A stretch of 64,000 nt of DNA from Isurus oxyrinchus (Eukaryota): the NCBI GenBank assembly GCA_026770705.1, contig JANJGN010000188.1, positions 496,001 through 560,000 of the forward strand, read 5' to 3'. Each line of letters starts with the position of its first letter. Within the stretch, counting starts at the first letter, position 1. Of this stretch, positions 48,886 through 61,399 are shown in pieces. The translations under genes were made by a program, and so were the position numbers. Under the pieces are notes generated by a model. The model was not told the origin of the DNA. It searched no databases and saw only the letters and a program-made list of their open reading frames with translations.

Positions 48886-50609
48886 ATAAACAAAAATAAT
48901 TCGAAGTAAAGGAACCTGGGGTTAGCTGCATACTGTAATAAATGAAATTGAAGAGGTGGTCTAATGTGGGGCTTCAGGGTGTGCCTGCTTCCTTCAGTGA
49001 TCCCAGAGAGAAGGATAGCAGGATAACTTCTCTAAGTGAAGTCACGGTGTCTGAATTCCAATCTAGGTTTTATGAAACAAAAAAAAAACATGCTGGAAAA
49101 ACTCAGCGGCTCTGACAGTATCTGCAATGAGAAAGGCAGAGTTAACGTTTATAATTAATAGCGTCAAACGGACGTGAAACGTTAACTCTGCCTTTGTCTC
49201 CACAGATGCTGTCAGTGGTGTTGAGTTTATCCAGAATTTTTTTGTTTGTTTCAGATTTCCAGCATTCGCAATATTTTGCCTTTAGCCTGGACTTCATAAT
49301 GCTGAATAATCCACAGATTGACAAAATTATTGAACAATAGAAATTGAGTTGCCCTATGGTCAGTACAGTTATATCATGAAGAATTCCTTGTGAGTGTAGA
49401 GTCTCCATTTCTCAATGAGAACATGCGGCCGACAGTGAGACCAACGCATGTAATACTCACATCAGATTTCCAGGATAGTTGCCAATTTCTGCAATCGCCA
49501 CACTTCCGAATTTATTTATTAATTTTAATTTATTTATTTCAGGTGTTTTTTTTTGTCAAAGATTCCCCGCCACTTACTGATCTATAATAGGCAGGTTGAC
49601 TTCCTCCCCTTTTTTGAATATGGATGGAACATTTTCAATCTTCCAGTCCTCTGGCACCAATGGATGACTCTCTCTCTCTCTCTTTCTCACCACAGCACTA
49701 TCGCTACTTCCCCTTCTCCCAAGTATTTTCATAATTGCAGTTTACGGTTTTATATATACTTGATTGTCTTGATAACAAACGATAATTATTCTCGTTTGGG
49801 TGAGTCAGATATATGAGAACACACTCTACAATATGAATACGTTCAATAATTACTGATTATAATCATGTAGATGAATATTGCTTACAGTATTACAAATGTG
49901 ATTAATTCTGAGGTCGATATGTGTGGTGGGGGTACAGAAAACATTTGTATGGTGGGCTGTTGGTGAGCTCCAGTCCATTGTTTGTGGTAGAAACTGTTTG
50001 TTGGAATTTCAGTCTGGCTAGAATTGATTAGATGAGTAGATTACAAATGATTGATTCGATTAAGAATCCAATGTTTTGCAAGAGAGAGAAAGAGAGACAC
50101 GCTATCCAATTGGCATAAGGCCTGGTCTCTATGATCCACTGCTTGTGGGCATGTTCACGGGAAAGTCGAGGGTGAGGGCATGATGCAATCTCTCAGTGAG
50201 GACTGACTTCACATAATGGAGAGAGGGTCCTGCAAGTACTCACCAAATTTTCATCTTCATTCCTGCTGTCATTGATCTCAAAGAGAGCAACAATGCTCCT
50301 CATGAAATGCAGCTCTCCATGATTCACAGCTTCAATGGGGAGACGAAAATCACAGGTTACTTTCTCTGGCTACCGGAGGAATCCAAAGGTTGCAAATGCA
50401 GCAGGCATGAGATGAGGATGGATGGGGAGGTGGCGGGGATGATATACATATATTGCATGACATCCAATTGCAGAACCTGCACCAGGATTAGAGGTGGCCA
50501 ATTCTAAATTCTCACAACACCGGGTCAGGTGTCTCAGACAACATATCATAATATGCAGGGACACAACAACCACACACTGTGGTGTCGTGTCCTTGTCCAA
50601 AATGTTCAA

Positions 50610-51282
50610 TTTCAATAACACAGACCTCCCTGTCACTTGCCATTTTCAAACTCCACCCTGTTCCCTTGCCCACCTGTCTGTCCTTGGCTTGCTGCATTGT
50701 TGCAGCGAAGCTCAACGCAAACTGGAGGAACAGCACCTCATCTTCCGGCTAGGTACTTTGCAGCCTTCCAGACTGAATATTGAGTTCAAAAACTTTAGGT
50801 CTTGAGCTTCTTCATCCATCCCGACCCCCTTTCCGTTTCTTCCCCCTCCCGTTTGTTTTTTTTTCAATAATTTATATAGATTTTTCTTTTCTCACTTATT
50901 TCCGTTATTTTTAAATCCATACGTTTTATGCCCTTTTAATTTTATTTCACTCCATCCCCGCTAGAACTATTTGTACATTGCGTGTCCTGCCATGCAGTCC
51001 TAATTAGCACATTATTTTAGATAATATCACCAGCTTCAACTTCTCTTTGTTCTTTTTTCTGTGACATCTTTAGATTATCTGCTCCTATCACTGCTTGGTT
51101 GTCTCTACAACCACCACCACAACTTCTCTCCCACACCCCCACTTTAAACCAGCTTATATTTCACCCCTCTCCTATTTTTACTTAGTTCTGTTGATGGGTC
51201 ATGAGGACTTGAAACATCAACTTTGTTCTTCTCTGCCGATGCTGCCAGACCTGCTGAGTAGTTCCAGGTATTTCTGTCGTTG
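50610..51282 (+). mobile_element. Penelope-like element 3' fragment (GIY-YIG C-terminus and terminal repeat)
   Basis: DLPVTCHF..PPCS.AHLSVLGLLHCCSEAQRKLEEQHLIFRLGTLQPS.LNIEFKNFRS*. Confidence 0.85.
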
Positions 51283-51299
51283 TAGTCTAATCTCTTTTT

Positions 51300-54200
51300 C
51301 TCTGCACGCAGAACTCCATTCTCCTGCGTCAGCAATTCCATTTCACCCAGAATCTCTCGTAGGCCAGAGTGTGCTTGTCCACCGAAAACATCTGGGTGTA
51401 TCACCCCTGGTATTTAATGATATGGGTAAAGTGGTGTTGGACCTGTGATACTGGCCAGTCCATGTCCATTTCCCACCCATGTAGGTTCAGCTGCTGACAA
51501 ATGAAGCTCAGCCTGATGTGGCTGTGAACGCAGCTGCTGAGGGGCTCTGTGTCTTATTGGCTTCTTGTGTGACTGTTTTCATTCTGACTGGCGGAAAAAC
51601 GTTAACCCTCCTCCTCACGTTTCCTTGCCACCAACTCTCTGGATGGCTCACTTGGCACCTTTCAGCTGCCACTGTGTGGAATGTTCATTTTCACCAATGC
51701 TGACCGCTGATTGGTGCCACTGCTGGAGGTTGACACAATCCTGATGGGAGGTAGTTCCACCTCTCCCTCCTCATCCTCCAGCTGCCCACTATCCCTGGAC
51801 ACAGCAGCCAGCTAGCCTCCAAACTAGTCCCAGGTGAATGACAGTATTTGACTCTGTTGCCATGGTGAGCCACATCCATTGCCAAGTAGACAAGCGGTAG
51901 GAGGTTGCACACTGACCTTGGTCTTCACTTCATTCATCTACTGTGCGCTCGCTCAGCTGCACATCAACAGTGTGCTGGGCGATCTTGAGCTCTTTCCTTA
52001 ACTCTGCAAAAGTAACATTGGAATGTCTGAGAAATCAGCCAGTTCACGATGAATAGGATTAACGGGAAGGATTATTTGTTCATCACTTGTCACAGCTTTT
52101 CTTATGTGCCTCTGTAACAAAGCAATGATCATTGCTTGTGCTGCACTCCACAGACAAGAACATAAACCATGCATCCGAGTTCACAATTGCTGGCGGACAC
52201 GTCCATCCTTTGAGAGGAGATGGCTCGTACCAAACAGGTCGCCCGCAAATCCATCGGCGATAATGAGACCAGGAAGCAGCTGGATACTAAGGCAGCCAGG
52301 AAATGTGCCACCTCCACTGGCGAAGTGAAAAAAAAACCTCATCGCTACAGGCCAGTTACTGTCACGCTCCGAGAAATCCACTGATGCCAGAATTGCACAG
52401 AGTTGCTTATCCGCAAACTGTCCGTGCAGCGCCTGGTGAGGGAAATTGCCCAGGGCTTCGAAACTGACCTGAGGTTTCTGAAAGCTGCAATTGGAACTTT
52501 GCAGGAAGCCAGTGAGGCCTACTTGGTTGGCCTGTTTAAGGAGACCAACCTGTTGCATCCATGTCAAAAAAAGTTATGTAGCACCCAAAGACACCCAGCT
52601 GGCACGACGGATCCCGGGAGAACGTGCTTAAACGCTTTGCTTGATTATATTTTCTCCAGACGATTATGAAGTGACATTTAAACAATTTTTAAAGCATTAT
52701 TGGACTGTAATATTGGCTTCTTTTAGAGGCTGGGTCTTTATTTTATATCTTTGTTATTGTTGAGTATGACCATGTCTTATTGTGGAAGTAGCAAAATATT
52801 TTGCAAACCTTCCTTCGAACTCTTGGCTCAGTTTGAAAAATAAAGCACTTTTATCTTTAACAAATAATACAAGAAAATTGTCGAGTTTCACCTATACACG
52901 CACGTCCAAATGGACACATCAAAGAAACAATTGTGAACAGTTATTTTTTTAAACAGTTTTCTGGCCAGTCATACACTCTACGATGCTTGGCATGACCCGA
53001 AGCTTAGTTAATAATCTAGCTTTTCCCTTTCAAATACGCTCAACTTCAGTGCGGTCTTCCCTATGTTACAGTCAGAGAGAGTGAAGAACAAATCTTCCAA
53101 CCTAGTCTCAAAATTTTCCTTAAGTACTTCCCTCACCCCTTTTATTTGACTTCTTCCATCCCCTCTTCCTCTGGATCCTTCTGCTGCCTCATCGGAGACA
53201 GCAGCTCAATCCTGGTCAGCAGATCCGCGATGCAGCACATCAGACAGAACTTCCGGGTCACTACGGCTGGATCTGCCGGGGGTGCCGAGTGCTCGGCAGC
53301 AATAAGGTCACTTATGTCCAGATCGCTGATAGGGAAATGAATAATAGTGGACAAAGCCAGATTTTAGCTTGCTGAGGAAGTGAGAACGGTCAATGGTCAG
53401 AATGACAGCAATGGTCAGAAAAGACTGAAAATTAGTGGCGGGAAGCTAAAAGATATGGGAATACTTTATGACAAGAATTGGAGTGACTATACCTATTGAC
53501 ATGCAGGTGTTTCTAGACCATTTTCAAACGTGTGTAATTCTCAAACTTCAAGCGGGTGCAAACACTCTGTCCTCTTTAAACTAAGTTGAAGAAAACATAT
53601 CTCTATATCTGGGGATGGGACTGAGAAAGACTACAAACAAATAATGCTTCATTTAAACAAGAACAGCAGATGAAGAGACTGCCACAGTTGATATAAAAAC
53701 ATGAGCATCATTTTTTGGCGAAAAATCAGTGTAGATGTCTCAAGCCAGTTCCTGTCTCCTCTCACACGCCTCCCCCACTAAATACAAGTTCATACCGGTG
53801 TTGCTTCCCTCCTCCCACCCTCTAACACCATTCTGTCCTGGCTTCCCCTACCCATTCTCGGTGCTGGCCTTACTCCCCCCTACCCTTCCGTAATATCACA
53901 ATAATTGTTTGTATTCGCCACTCCTCCGTCTCTTGGGATCCACATCGTTCTGGCCTCGCACTTCACCCACAGCCAATTTAAAACTTTGTGGCCTCTCCCG
54001 GCTCGGGACTAAGGCTGCAATCTCTTGCATTCTCGGTCCCACTCACTGCTGATCCACATGGAGCTGCTTCAATTACCGATAACAAAGAGAGAAGGGGCAC
54101 CGACCAGCACAGAATGTGGAAATGCTCCTGGGAGCAGCAGGCTCTGGGGCAGTGGCCTCTGGACCACACAAAGGATTTTTAATGTTCACTCCTTTGTGTG

Positions 54201-54990
54201 GCTGGGAGGAGCAGAGGCCAATCCTATAATGCTGAATGTTCCAGGAACAGGCTGGATTTCCACTTCCTGTCCCGGATCAGGAGGGGATTAGACGATGGTT
54301 GGAAAACAAAGAATGAGCAGGGTTATGGGGAGAAGGTAGCAGAATGACACCAGGTGAAATGTTCATGTTTTAAAATTCTGTATAAATTGCTGTTCATTCT
54401 GCTATCGCTTTCAAACTTTACCGGGCGGGAATAACTCCCCGTTCACAACATGCTATAAGTGACAAATGAGTCTTGTACATTTGGAGAAGTGGGGAGCAAA
54501 GTGAGTATGATACAAATGTAGGCGTAAAATAAGGTGTGAAGGGGACGTAATGATATAGATAGGTTATGTGATTAGACAAACACCTGGCAAATGGGGTATA
54601 AAGTAGTAAAACGTGAGGTTGCCCATTTTGGCACGATGAACAAAAAAGAGGCACATAATCCAAACAGTGAGAGATGGCAGAACCATGAGATTCAGAGGCA
54701 TCTGGTTGTCCTAGTGCATGAATTATTTTTGTTTAGTTCTGCTGCAAAACTCTCCAATACCATTGAAATTCGAATGGTCCTGAGTCTCAGGCCAAATTCT
54801 TCCTTTCTCTGAGGCCAGAATGGTTGCTTTGCAAAAGGCCTCATTCTCTAAAAAAAAAGCCTCCGTTTCGAATTAAACATTTTTTTTTATTGATGCACCG
54901 ATCGCGCTGTCTCGCCCATTCGCTGACATGTTCTCTACCTTTCTTTTGAAATCTTAAAATCAGCTCAATCTTTCCGTTTAATTCTCACTT
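51300..54990 (+). repeat. Segmental duplication block, direct copy of ~40400-44305
   Basis: Colinear, including the H3 pseudogene and its flanks. Confidence 0.9.
52220..52631 (+). pseudogene. H3F3: Histone H3.3-type intronless pseudogene, second copy
   Basis: [11 protein letters not shown]..., [45 protein letters not shown], and GERA*. The AAIG signature is present. AATAAA at 52839 precedes a decayed A-rich tail. Confidence 0.92.
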
Positions 54991-56945
54991 CGAAGCTGAG
55001 TAAGGCAGCAGGGTGATCTGTGACAGGGAAATCATTTTGTTTTACGCAAGAGAGACTCAGAAATCATGCGATGAGAGCGGACTCAGAAACAGAGGAGAAT
55101 TATTCTAACCCGCCAGCCCCTTTCACCCACTCTTTCTGACACAATGTTGAAGTCTGCACATTCACAGGACAAATTGTTCCCAGATTGACAGATCCCATGA
55201 TAGGCTTACCCCTCCACACGGCCTGTTCTGTGGATTCTCAGGGGTTAGCTGTAGTTGCCCAGCTCTGCTCACAGTGCCTGTTCTCCAGGTTCAGGGCTGA
55301 AACTAATCGCACCTCTGTTTGGATTATCACAGACCGAATTTTATGTTATTAAATTGTTCACAAGCAGAGATATATTTGATTAACATGAAAAAAAAAACAA
55401 ATTGTATGTTCTGGCCATCCCTTAAGCTTATCCCACTTTGTTTTGCAGTACAAGTGATAAAGGAGAGAGGGCGGAGTGATAGACAGAAACACGGTAAGTT
55501 CAGGCAGTGAGACACAGACGGTCAAACAAAGTAACTGTTCCAGGAAACATTGTGCAGTCTAGTTTAACATAGAAAGCTTCAACTGGAGAGGTAGAAGATT
55601 TAGTCTCATCTGTCACTTATACTGTACCAGAGACAAAGACAGTATTAATCTCACACTCGAGGTAGTGCCAGCGAGTGAACGAAAGTCGTATTTTTAACAC
55701 TCGCTTCCATGCTGAAATCTCTGCCGTCTTGCATGTCAGGGTCGCTAGGTATTGCTCTCAGTAACCGAGTGTTTCCCTCCGGCTAAATGAATCTGGGAGT
55801 CCCACTGTCAGATATTAACTATTGCTCGAACCCAGCAAACTTATTAACTCCGTCACTCATCCCATATTTCTGCAGGTATGCTCTGTGAAGATGAGCTGGT
55901 GAACAGCAAATCCCTGAAGGGAATAATGCCAAATTGAGGTTCTTAAATGGACAATCCCCCAATTTTCATTGTTCTCTGACCTTTTCCATATCTCTAGTTC
56001 TTTTGTTTAGGTATTGGTCAATGTGAATTATAAAATATGTTGATTTTAGTTACTGATTTAATGCGGAAATCCACACATGAGGTATTTAGTCCCAAATCAA
56101 ACGCCAATTGCTTGTGAGTCAGAGACTGCTGAATACAGAATCAATCCCACACTCACGGATAGTGACAGAGATTGATATTGATAGAATCAATCCCACAATC
56201 ATAGACAATACCAGAGACTGATATTTATAGGATCAATTCCAAAATGGCAGATAGTACGAGAGACTGTTATTGATAGAATCAATCTGCACTTACATGAATA
56301 GTAAAACGTTGCAGGGTTATGGGGAGTGGCAGGGCGTGAATTGTTCCTTTAGAGGACCAGAATAGATTGGACAGCCGAATAACCCCTTTCTTTCATGTAG
56401 CCATTCTATGATTCTAATGGAAAATTCTTGAAGAACTGAGTAGCTCTGGTAGTTTTGAAGCTTCGATAGCGAGTCTATTTATTAAAACTTCTGTCAACCA
56501 CACGTCCTGTCTGCACAGATGCTGCCGGACCTGCTGAGTGTGTCCAGCATCTTCTGTTATTATTTCAGAATACCAGAGTGGGCAGTGTCTCACTTTTTGT
56601 ACAATAAAACAATCTCTGTGCTGGAATCGATATTCAAATAAGAAATGGGAAGCGGCAGAGTGAAAAGAGAATCGGTGAATTTTACTAAATCCAAATAATT
56701 CTGTCCTGGCTACAGCTCGGGGAAAACCTTCATTATCAGCAACAAAGAACAAATCTGAGTTACGTTTTAAATGGAAGATAACTAGAGATTGGAAATAATT
56801 TTCTTTGCATTAAACACGGCCGTGTTTTCAGAGAAAAATCTCACTGTAGCTAATCAAACCCAGCACTGAGCTTGAGATTTCAATTTGATAGGTTTTGAAA
56901 CCAAGTAACTGCGATGGCTGGGAATTAAACCCGAAACCAAGTCAC

Positions 56946-57017
56946 TGCGATGGCTGAGAACTAAACCCGAGTCAATTGCTTGGTAACCAGCTACACTCAC
57001 CACGATAACACATTTGC
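56946..57017 (-). pseudogene. tRNA-Gly(TCC)-derived pseudogene with a 36-bp tandem duplication of its 3' end
   Basis: Paralogous to 45040. GAAACCAAGT.ACTGCGATGGCTG.GAA.TAAACCC is repeated at 56897 and 56933. Confidence 0.75.
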
Positions 57018-57284
57018 TTTGCACCACAATGCAACTAAAGCAAAATGCCTCCAGTTTCTTCACAAGCACGTTATCATTATAAGTAAAAGAAAGTTGATGT
57101 TGAACCACAGAAGGAAATATTCGATCAGATGGCAAAAGCTTGGTGAAAGACAAAGCTTTTAAATAACATCTTATAGAGCAGAGGGTGCTAGTGAAGTGGA
57201 GATATTTAGGGAGGAGAAGGAGAGTTTTGGACCAGGTCAGCTGAAAGCATCGTTGTCAATGCTGTCGAGATTAAAATCCGATCA

Positions 57285-58140
57285 CTAGTTGCCCTTGACA
57301 AGGTGGTGGTGAGCTGCCTTGTTCATTCCACGTGGCGCAGGTACACCCACAGAGCGCTTAGATGTGGGGTGGAGGGATTTTGTAGGGTGTTCATCCAGGG
57401 GCAGTGAAAGAATGGTGAAATATTTCCAAGTCAAAATGATGTGAGGGTTGGAGGGGTACTTCCAAGTAGCGGTGATCCCGTGCAAATGCTGCTTCTGTGC
57501 TTCGAGGTGGTAGCTTTCATGTGTTTGGAACTTGCTTTCCAAGGAGCCTTGGTGAGATCCTAAAGTGCATCTTCTGGATGATGGACACTGCTGGTACTGT
57601 ACGCTAATGTTGGCAGGATGTTGGGTGGATGGGGTGCCAACCCAAGTGTGCTACCTTGCCCTTGATCATCTGAAGCCTCTGGAGGGTCGTTGTGGCATTC
57701 ATCAAGGCCAGGAGAGTATTGCATCACAATATTGACTTGTGCCATATAGATGGTGGCCAGCCTTTGGGGATTCATCAGATGAGTTAATCACCTCAGGGTT
57801 CCTCACCTCTGACCTGCTCTGGCAGCCACTGCATTTATATGTCTAGCCCAGTTCAGTTTCTGGTCAATACTATCCCAGGATTTTGATAGTGAGGGATTCA
57901 GTAATGACAATGCCATTGGACTCAATGAGCAAGGTCTAGATTCTCTGTTGTTAGAGATGGTCATTGTCTGACGCTTGTGTAGCAGGAATGCAACTTGCCA
58001 CTTGTCAACCCAAGCCTGGATATTGTCCAGGTGTTGATGCATTTGGACGTGGAATACTTCAGTATGTGAGGATTCTCGACTGTGCTTATCATTGTGTCAT
58101 CATCATTGAACATCGCACTTCTGACATTATGATGGACAGA
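57285..58140 (-). mobile_element. CR1-group LINE 3' half (same family as 7690-8672)
   Basis: SIIMSEV, MHQHLDNIQAWVDKWQVAF and IDQKLNWARHINAVAARAGQR. Confidence 0.9.
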
Positions 58141-58149
58141 AATAGTGGT

Positions 58150-58890
58150 AGCTCTGCAGTGTCAGAGTGGTAGAATGAAGGATAACTGCACTGCCGAGCA
58201 TCAGGAATGAAGGAGCACTTCAATCTCAAAGCTTCAGTGCTTACAATGCGTTGCACTGTCAGACGGTTTGGGCTGAGAGAATGTTGCACAAATAGAGGGT
58301 CAGGATTGATTGAGTGCTGCACTGTAATAGGGTCAGGACTGAGGGAGAGCTGTACTGTCGGAAGATGAGGTCTGAGGCTGTTGCATTATCAGAGTCGAAA
58401 GAATGAAGGAGCGTTGTTCAGTCAGTGGGTGAGCACGCAGAGAGCGCTGCACTGTCAGACGGTCAGGACTGATAGGCACTGCACTGTCAGAGGGTCAGGA
58501 ATGATTGAGCACTGCACTGTCAGAGGGTCAGGACATATCGAGTGCTGCACTGTCAGAGGGTCAGGACTGATGGAGTGCTGCACTGTCAGAGGGTAAGGGA
58601 TAAGGGAGCAAAATGCTTTCAGATGTTCAAAACAGAGGGAGAGCAGCACTCTCATTGGGTCAGAAATGAGGGACCGCTGCGCTTTCAAAGCATCAGGAAA
58701 ACTGAAGCGCCGCACAGTCAGTGGGTCAGGAATGAGAGAGTGCTTTTCTGTCAGAGTTTCGGGAACGATGGAGAACCGCACAGTCAGAGGGTCAGGAATG
58801 AGGGAGCGCTTCACTGTCTGTGTTTTGGGAATGAGGGAGATGCGCATAGTCAGTGGGTAAGGACTGTGAGGGCTGCACTGTCAGAGGGGA
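58150..58890. repeat. 33-bp minisatellite, ~22 degenerate copies
   Basis: Consensus GCTGCACTGTCAGAGGGTCAGGA(A/C)TGAGGGAGC, which explains the periodic CTVRGSG and PDPLTVQ ORFs. Confidence 0.93.
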
Positions 58891-60208
58891 GCTGAGCCCT
58901 GGACTAAGCTCTCAAACCGACCCTGTTCGACTCTGTTATAATCCCATTCCGAATTGGAACACTGCCAGCATTTTTTGGTAATAAGAGGATTAGCCAGTGG
59001 ACATTTCAGAAACTAGATTCAGACAGAGAGAGAGTGAGACAGAGAGAGAGAAGTTGCGAGGGAGAGAGAAGTGCCTAAATTGAGCAATTGGAAGGAAGTA
59101 GAAAGCTTTGCTGAAGTGCAAGTAGACTATGTCAAATGCGTTGCTCTCATCTACAGACCTCAACAGGAGGGATACTCGCAGAGAGTGAGCCAATGGAAGG
59201 ACATCCTTACATGGTCAATTGATAGCGGAACTGTTCTGTTGAAGCGGATGGGCACGGAACTAGACTTTGCTGTAAGGAATTTGAAACTTTCGGTGACAGA
59301 ATCACGGCTCCCCTACCAATGCGGCAGAGAGTATTCTCTCGATTCATCCTTGTGATGAAATATGTGCTTTCAAAGCTTGCTTTATTTTTTGAGGCAGATC
59401 CAAATTGAAAATGGAAACAAGTGAAGGAAATTAACCCTCCCAGTTTCTAAGGAGGCAAAAGCTCAATCTGAAATGATCCCGGAAAATTACCTAATGTTCT
59501 GTACCAGCCAGTTTATGGACATAACAAGGCTGCATTTTTCCAGCTGTGGTGACCGAAATGTTGAATATTTGTTGGGCTGGAGGACGTTCCAGAGAAAGGG
59601 AGGGGCGAGGTCATCGAGTGAATTGAATGTAAGGATGAAAATTCTAAAGTTGAAGTACTGACATGCCAGGAGCCAGTGTTGGTCAGCAAACACCGTGTGA
59701 TTGGAGAACTGAACTTTCTTCAGGTGAAGTTTCGGGCAGCAGAATTTTTGATGAGCACAGGAATATGTAGGGTGGAAAATGGGAGACCGGCCAGGGAAAC
59801 CCTGGAATAGCCAAGCCTAGAATGAACAAAGAGGTAGATGAGGGATTCAGCAGCAGATGAGCTGAGGGAGGGTCGGAGTTGGACAATGTTTCAGATCTGG
59901 AATAACAGTGCATTAAGCGGATAACATTCTGTCATCTTATCCAATATCATATAGTTTAGTCAAGGATATTGGGGGTGAAATGCAGACAGTGGCAGCCATT
60001 ATTGTCTAATGTATCTTTGAAAAATGACTCTATCCAATTTAGTTCTGTTGGAGAGTCATATTCTACTCAAAGCATGAACTCTGTTTTTTCTTTCCACAGA
60101 TACGGTCAGAAGAGTTTGCAGCATTTTCTGGTTTTCAGCAGAATCAGCAGTGTTTTTTTTTTTAAAATATTACTTTCAATTTTGTGGCTCTTTTAATTAT
60201 AGCAAATC

Positions 60209-60282
60209 TTGCCCCTTTCCGGAATTGAACTTCCGTCTTCGGTGTGATAGGCGGGGAATACTAACTACTCTACCATCGAGGA
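60209..60282 (-). pseudogene. Decayed tRNA-Asp-derived remnant
   Basis: The minus strand reads TCCTCGATGGTAGAGTAGTTAGTATTCCCCGCCTATCACACCGAAGACGGAAGTTCAATTCCGG... Confidence 0.7.
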
Positions 60283-61399
60283 CGACCTTGACGCTGTGAC
60301 CCGTATGATTGTGGTATAATTCAATTTCTATAATTCAACAAATCTGTCAATATGTTCTTTAATATGCATCATAAATTCCAGAAAACACTTTCAGTCCCCT
60401 TAGAGAGTAAATCCGTCTAGTAAATTCCTGGTAGGATTGGGCTACCCTCTCATTTCCATACGGATCATTTACTGCCTGAAGTGAAATCTCCGTTTGGTAT
60501 TTCCAACATTCCTCATTGATTTAATGATCAATTTCCTTATTTATTACGCTTGTCACCGGGGTTCATTTTCCTGATGAGCAACAATTTCAATCAAATTAAA
60601 AAAATAGACTACATTGAAATGGATGTGGAGTTTAGAATTGGAAATTGTTTGACATGTGGGAGACAGTGAGTACAGATAAAGATTATCAGTCAGGAACAGC
60701 AGTTTTGTTTCCGAGATCCTTGGTGCTGTGTGCATTGCACATTTGTTGCTAATGGTTGAATAAAAAACAAGTACAAACAGGGAATGGTTCACTATCAAAA
60801 TCCAGAGTGACACTGTGTACTTAGGTCGCAGTCAGCGATGGTCGTGGAGTGGTGTGCTTGGCTGTTTCCCCAGCAGTTAACCTGCATTCGCTTCCCGCTC
60901 ATCGCAATCTTTCACCTTCAAAGCCGTCAGCAGTTGTTGGGCATGTAAGAGTTATACAACGCAGAAACAGGCCCTTTGTGTCTTTGCAGGCCATTAAGAA
61001 CCGATCAATTTTAATCCCATGTTCTAGCACATGGCACGGTAAATTAAACCGGTGTGCTATGGCGTTTCAAGTGTTCATCTTAATTTCACTTCACTTTCAA
61101 AGGTACACGGGCGTATTTCAAATAAAAATACGTTCCAGCTTTATTTAAATTTTTACTCACCTTTGAACCTCATTGGTTTATAACTATGATTTTCCGTGAA
61201 ATCGGAATGGAATTACTGGGTTTAAAACAAAATGCTGGGAAAACTAAGCAGCTTTGGCAGCTTCTGTGGAGAAAAAAACAAACACAGTTAAAGTTTCGAG
61301 CCCAGTATGACTCTTCTTCGGACCCAGGGAGAGATAGAAATGTGATGGGCTTTATGCTGTTGACTAAAGTGGAGAGGAGCAGGTGGTGCAGAATAGATA

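Larger units (their letters stand above)
50244..53425 (-). pseudogene. Partial copy 3 of the coiled-coil/BEN-like gene (exons A-D, no BEN exon seen)
   Basis: Exon D 50244-50329 is open (VNHGELHFMRSIVALFEINDSRNEDENL|GTGAGT). Exon B starts TTGCAG|ELRKELKIAQHTVDVQL and includes EMELLTQENGVLRAEKKRL, and is interrupted by a Penelope insertion. Confidence 0.6.

Noticed and set aside
41303-52631. Replication-dependent histone cluster
   Set aside because: No H4, H2A, H2B or H1 seen. The H3.3 signature and poly(A) tail point to a retrocopy.
58381-58895. Cys-rich repeat protein ORFs
   Set aside because: These are translations of a 33-bp minisatellite, open on both strands.
14970-60282. tRNA-targeting DNA transposon splitting tRNA genes
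   Set aside because: The tRNA copies are full length rather than interrupted, and no transposase was recognised.
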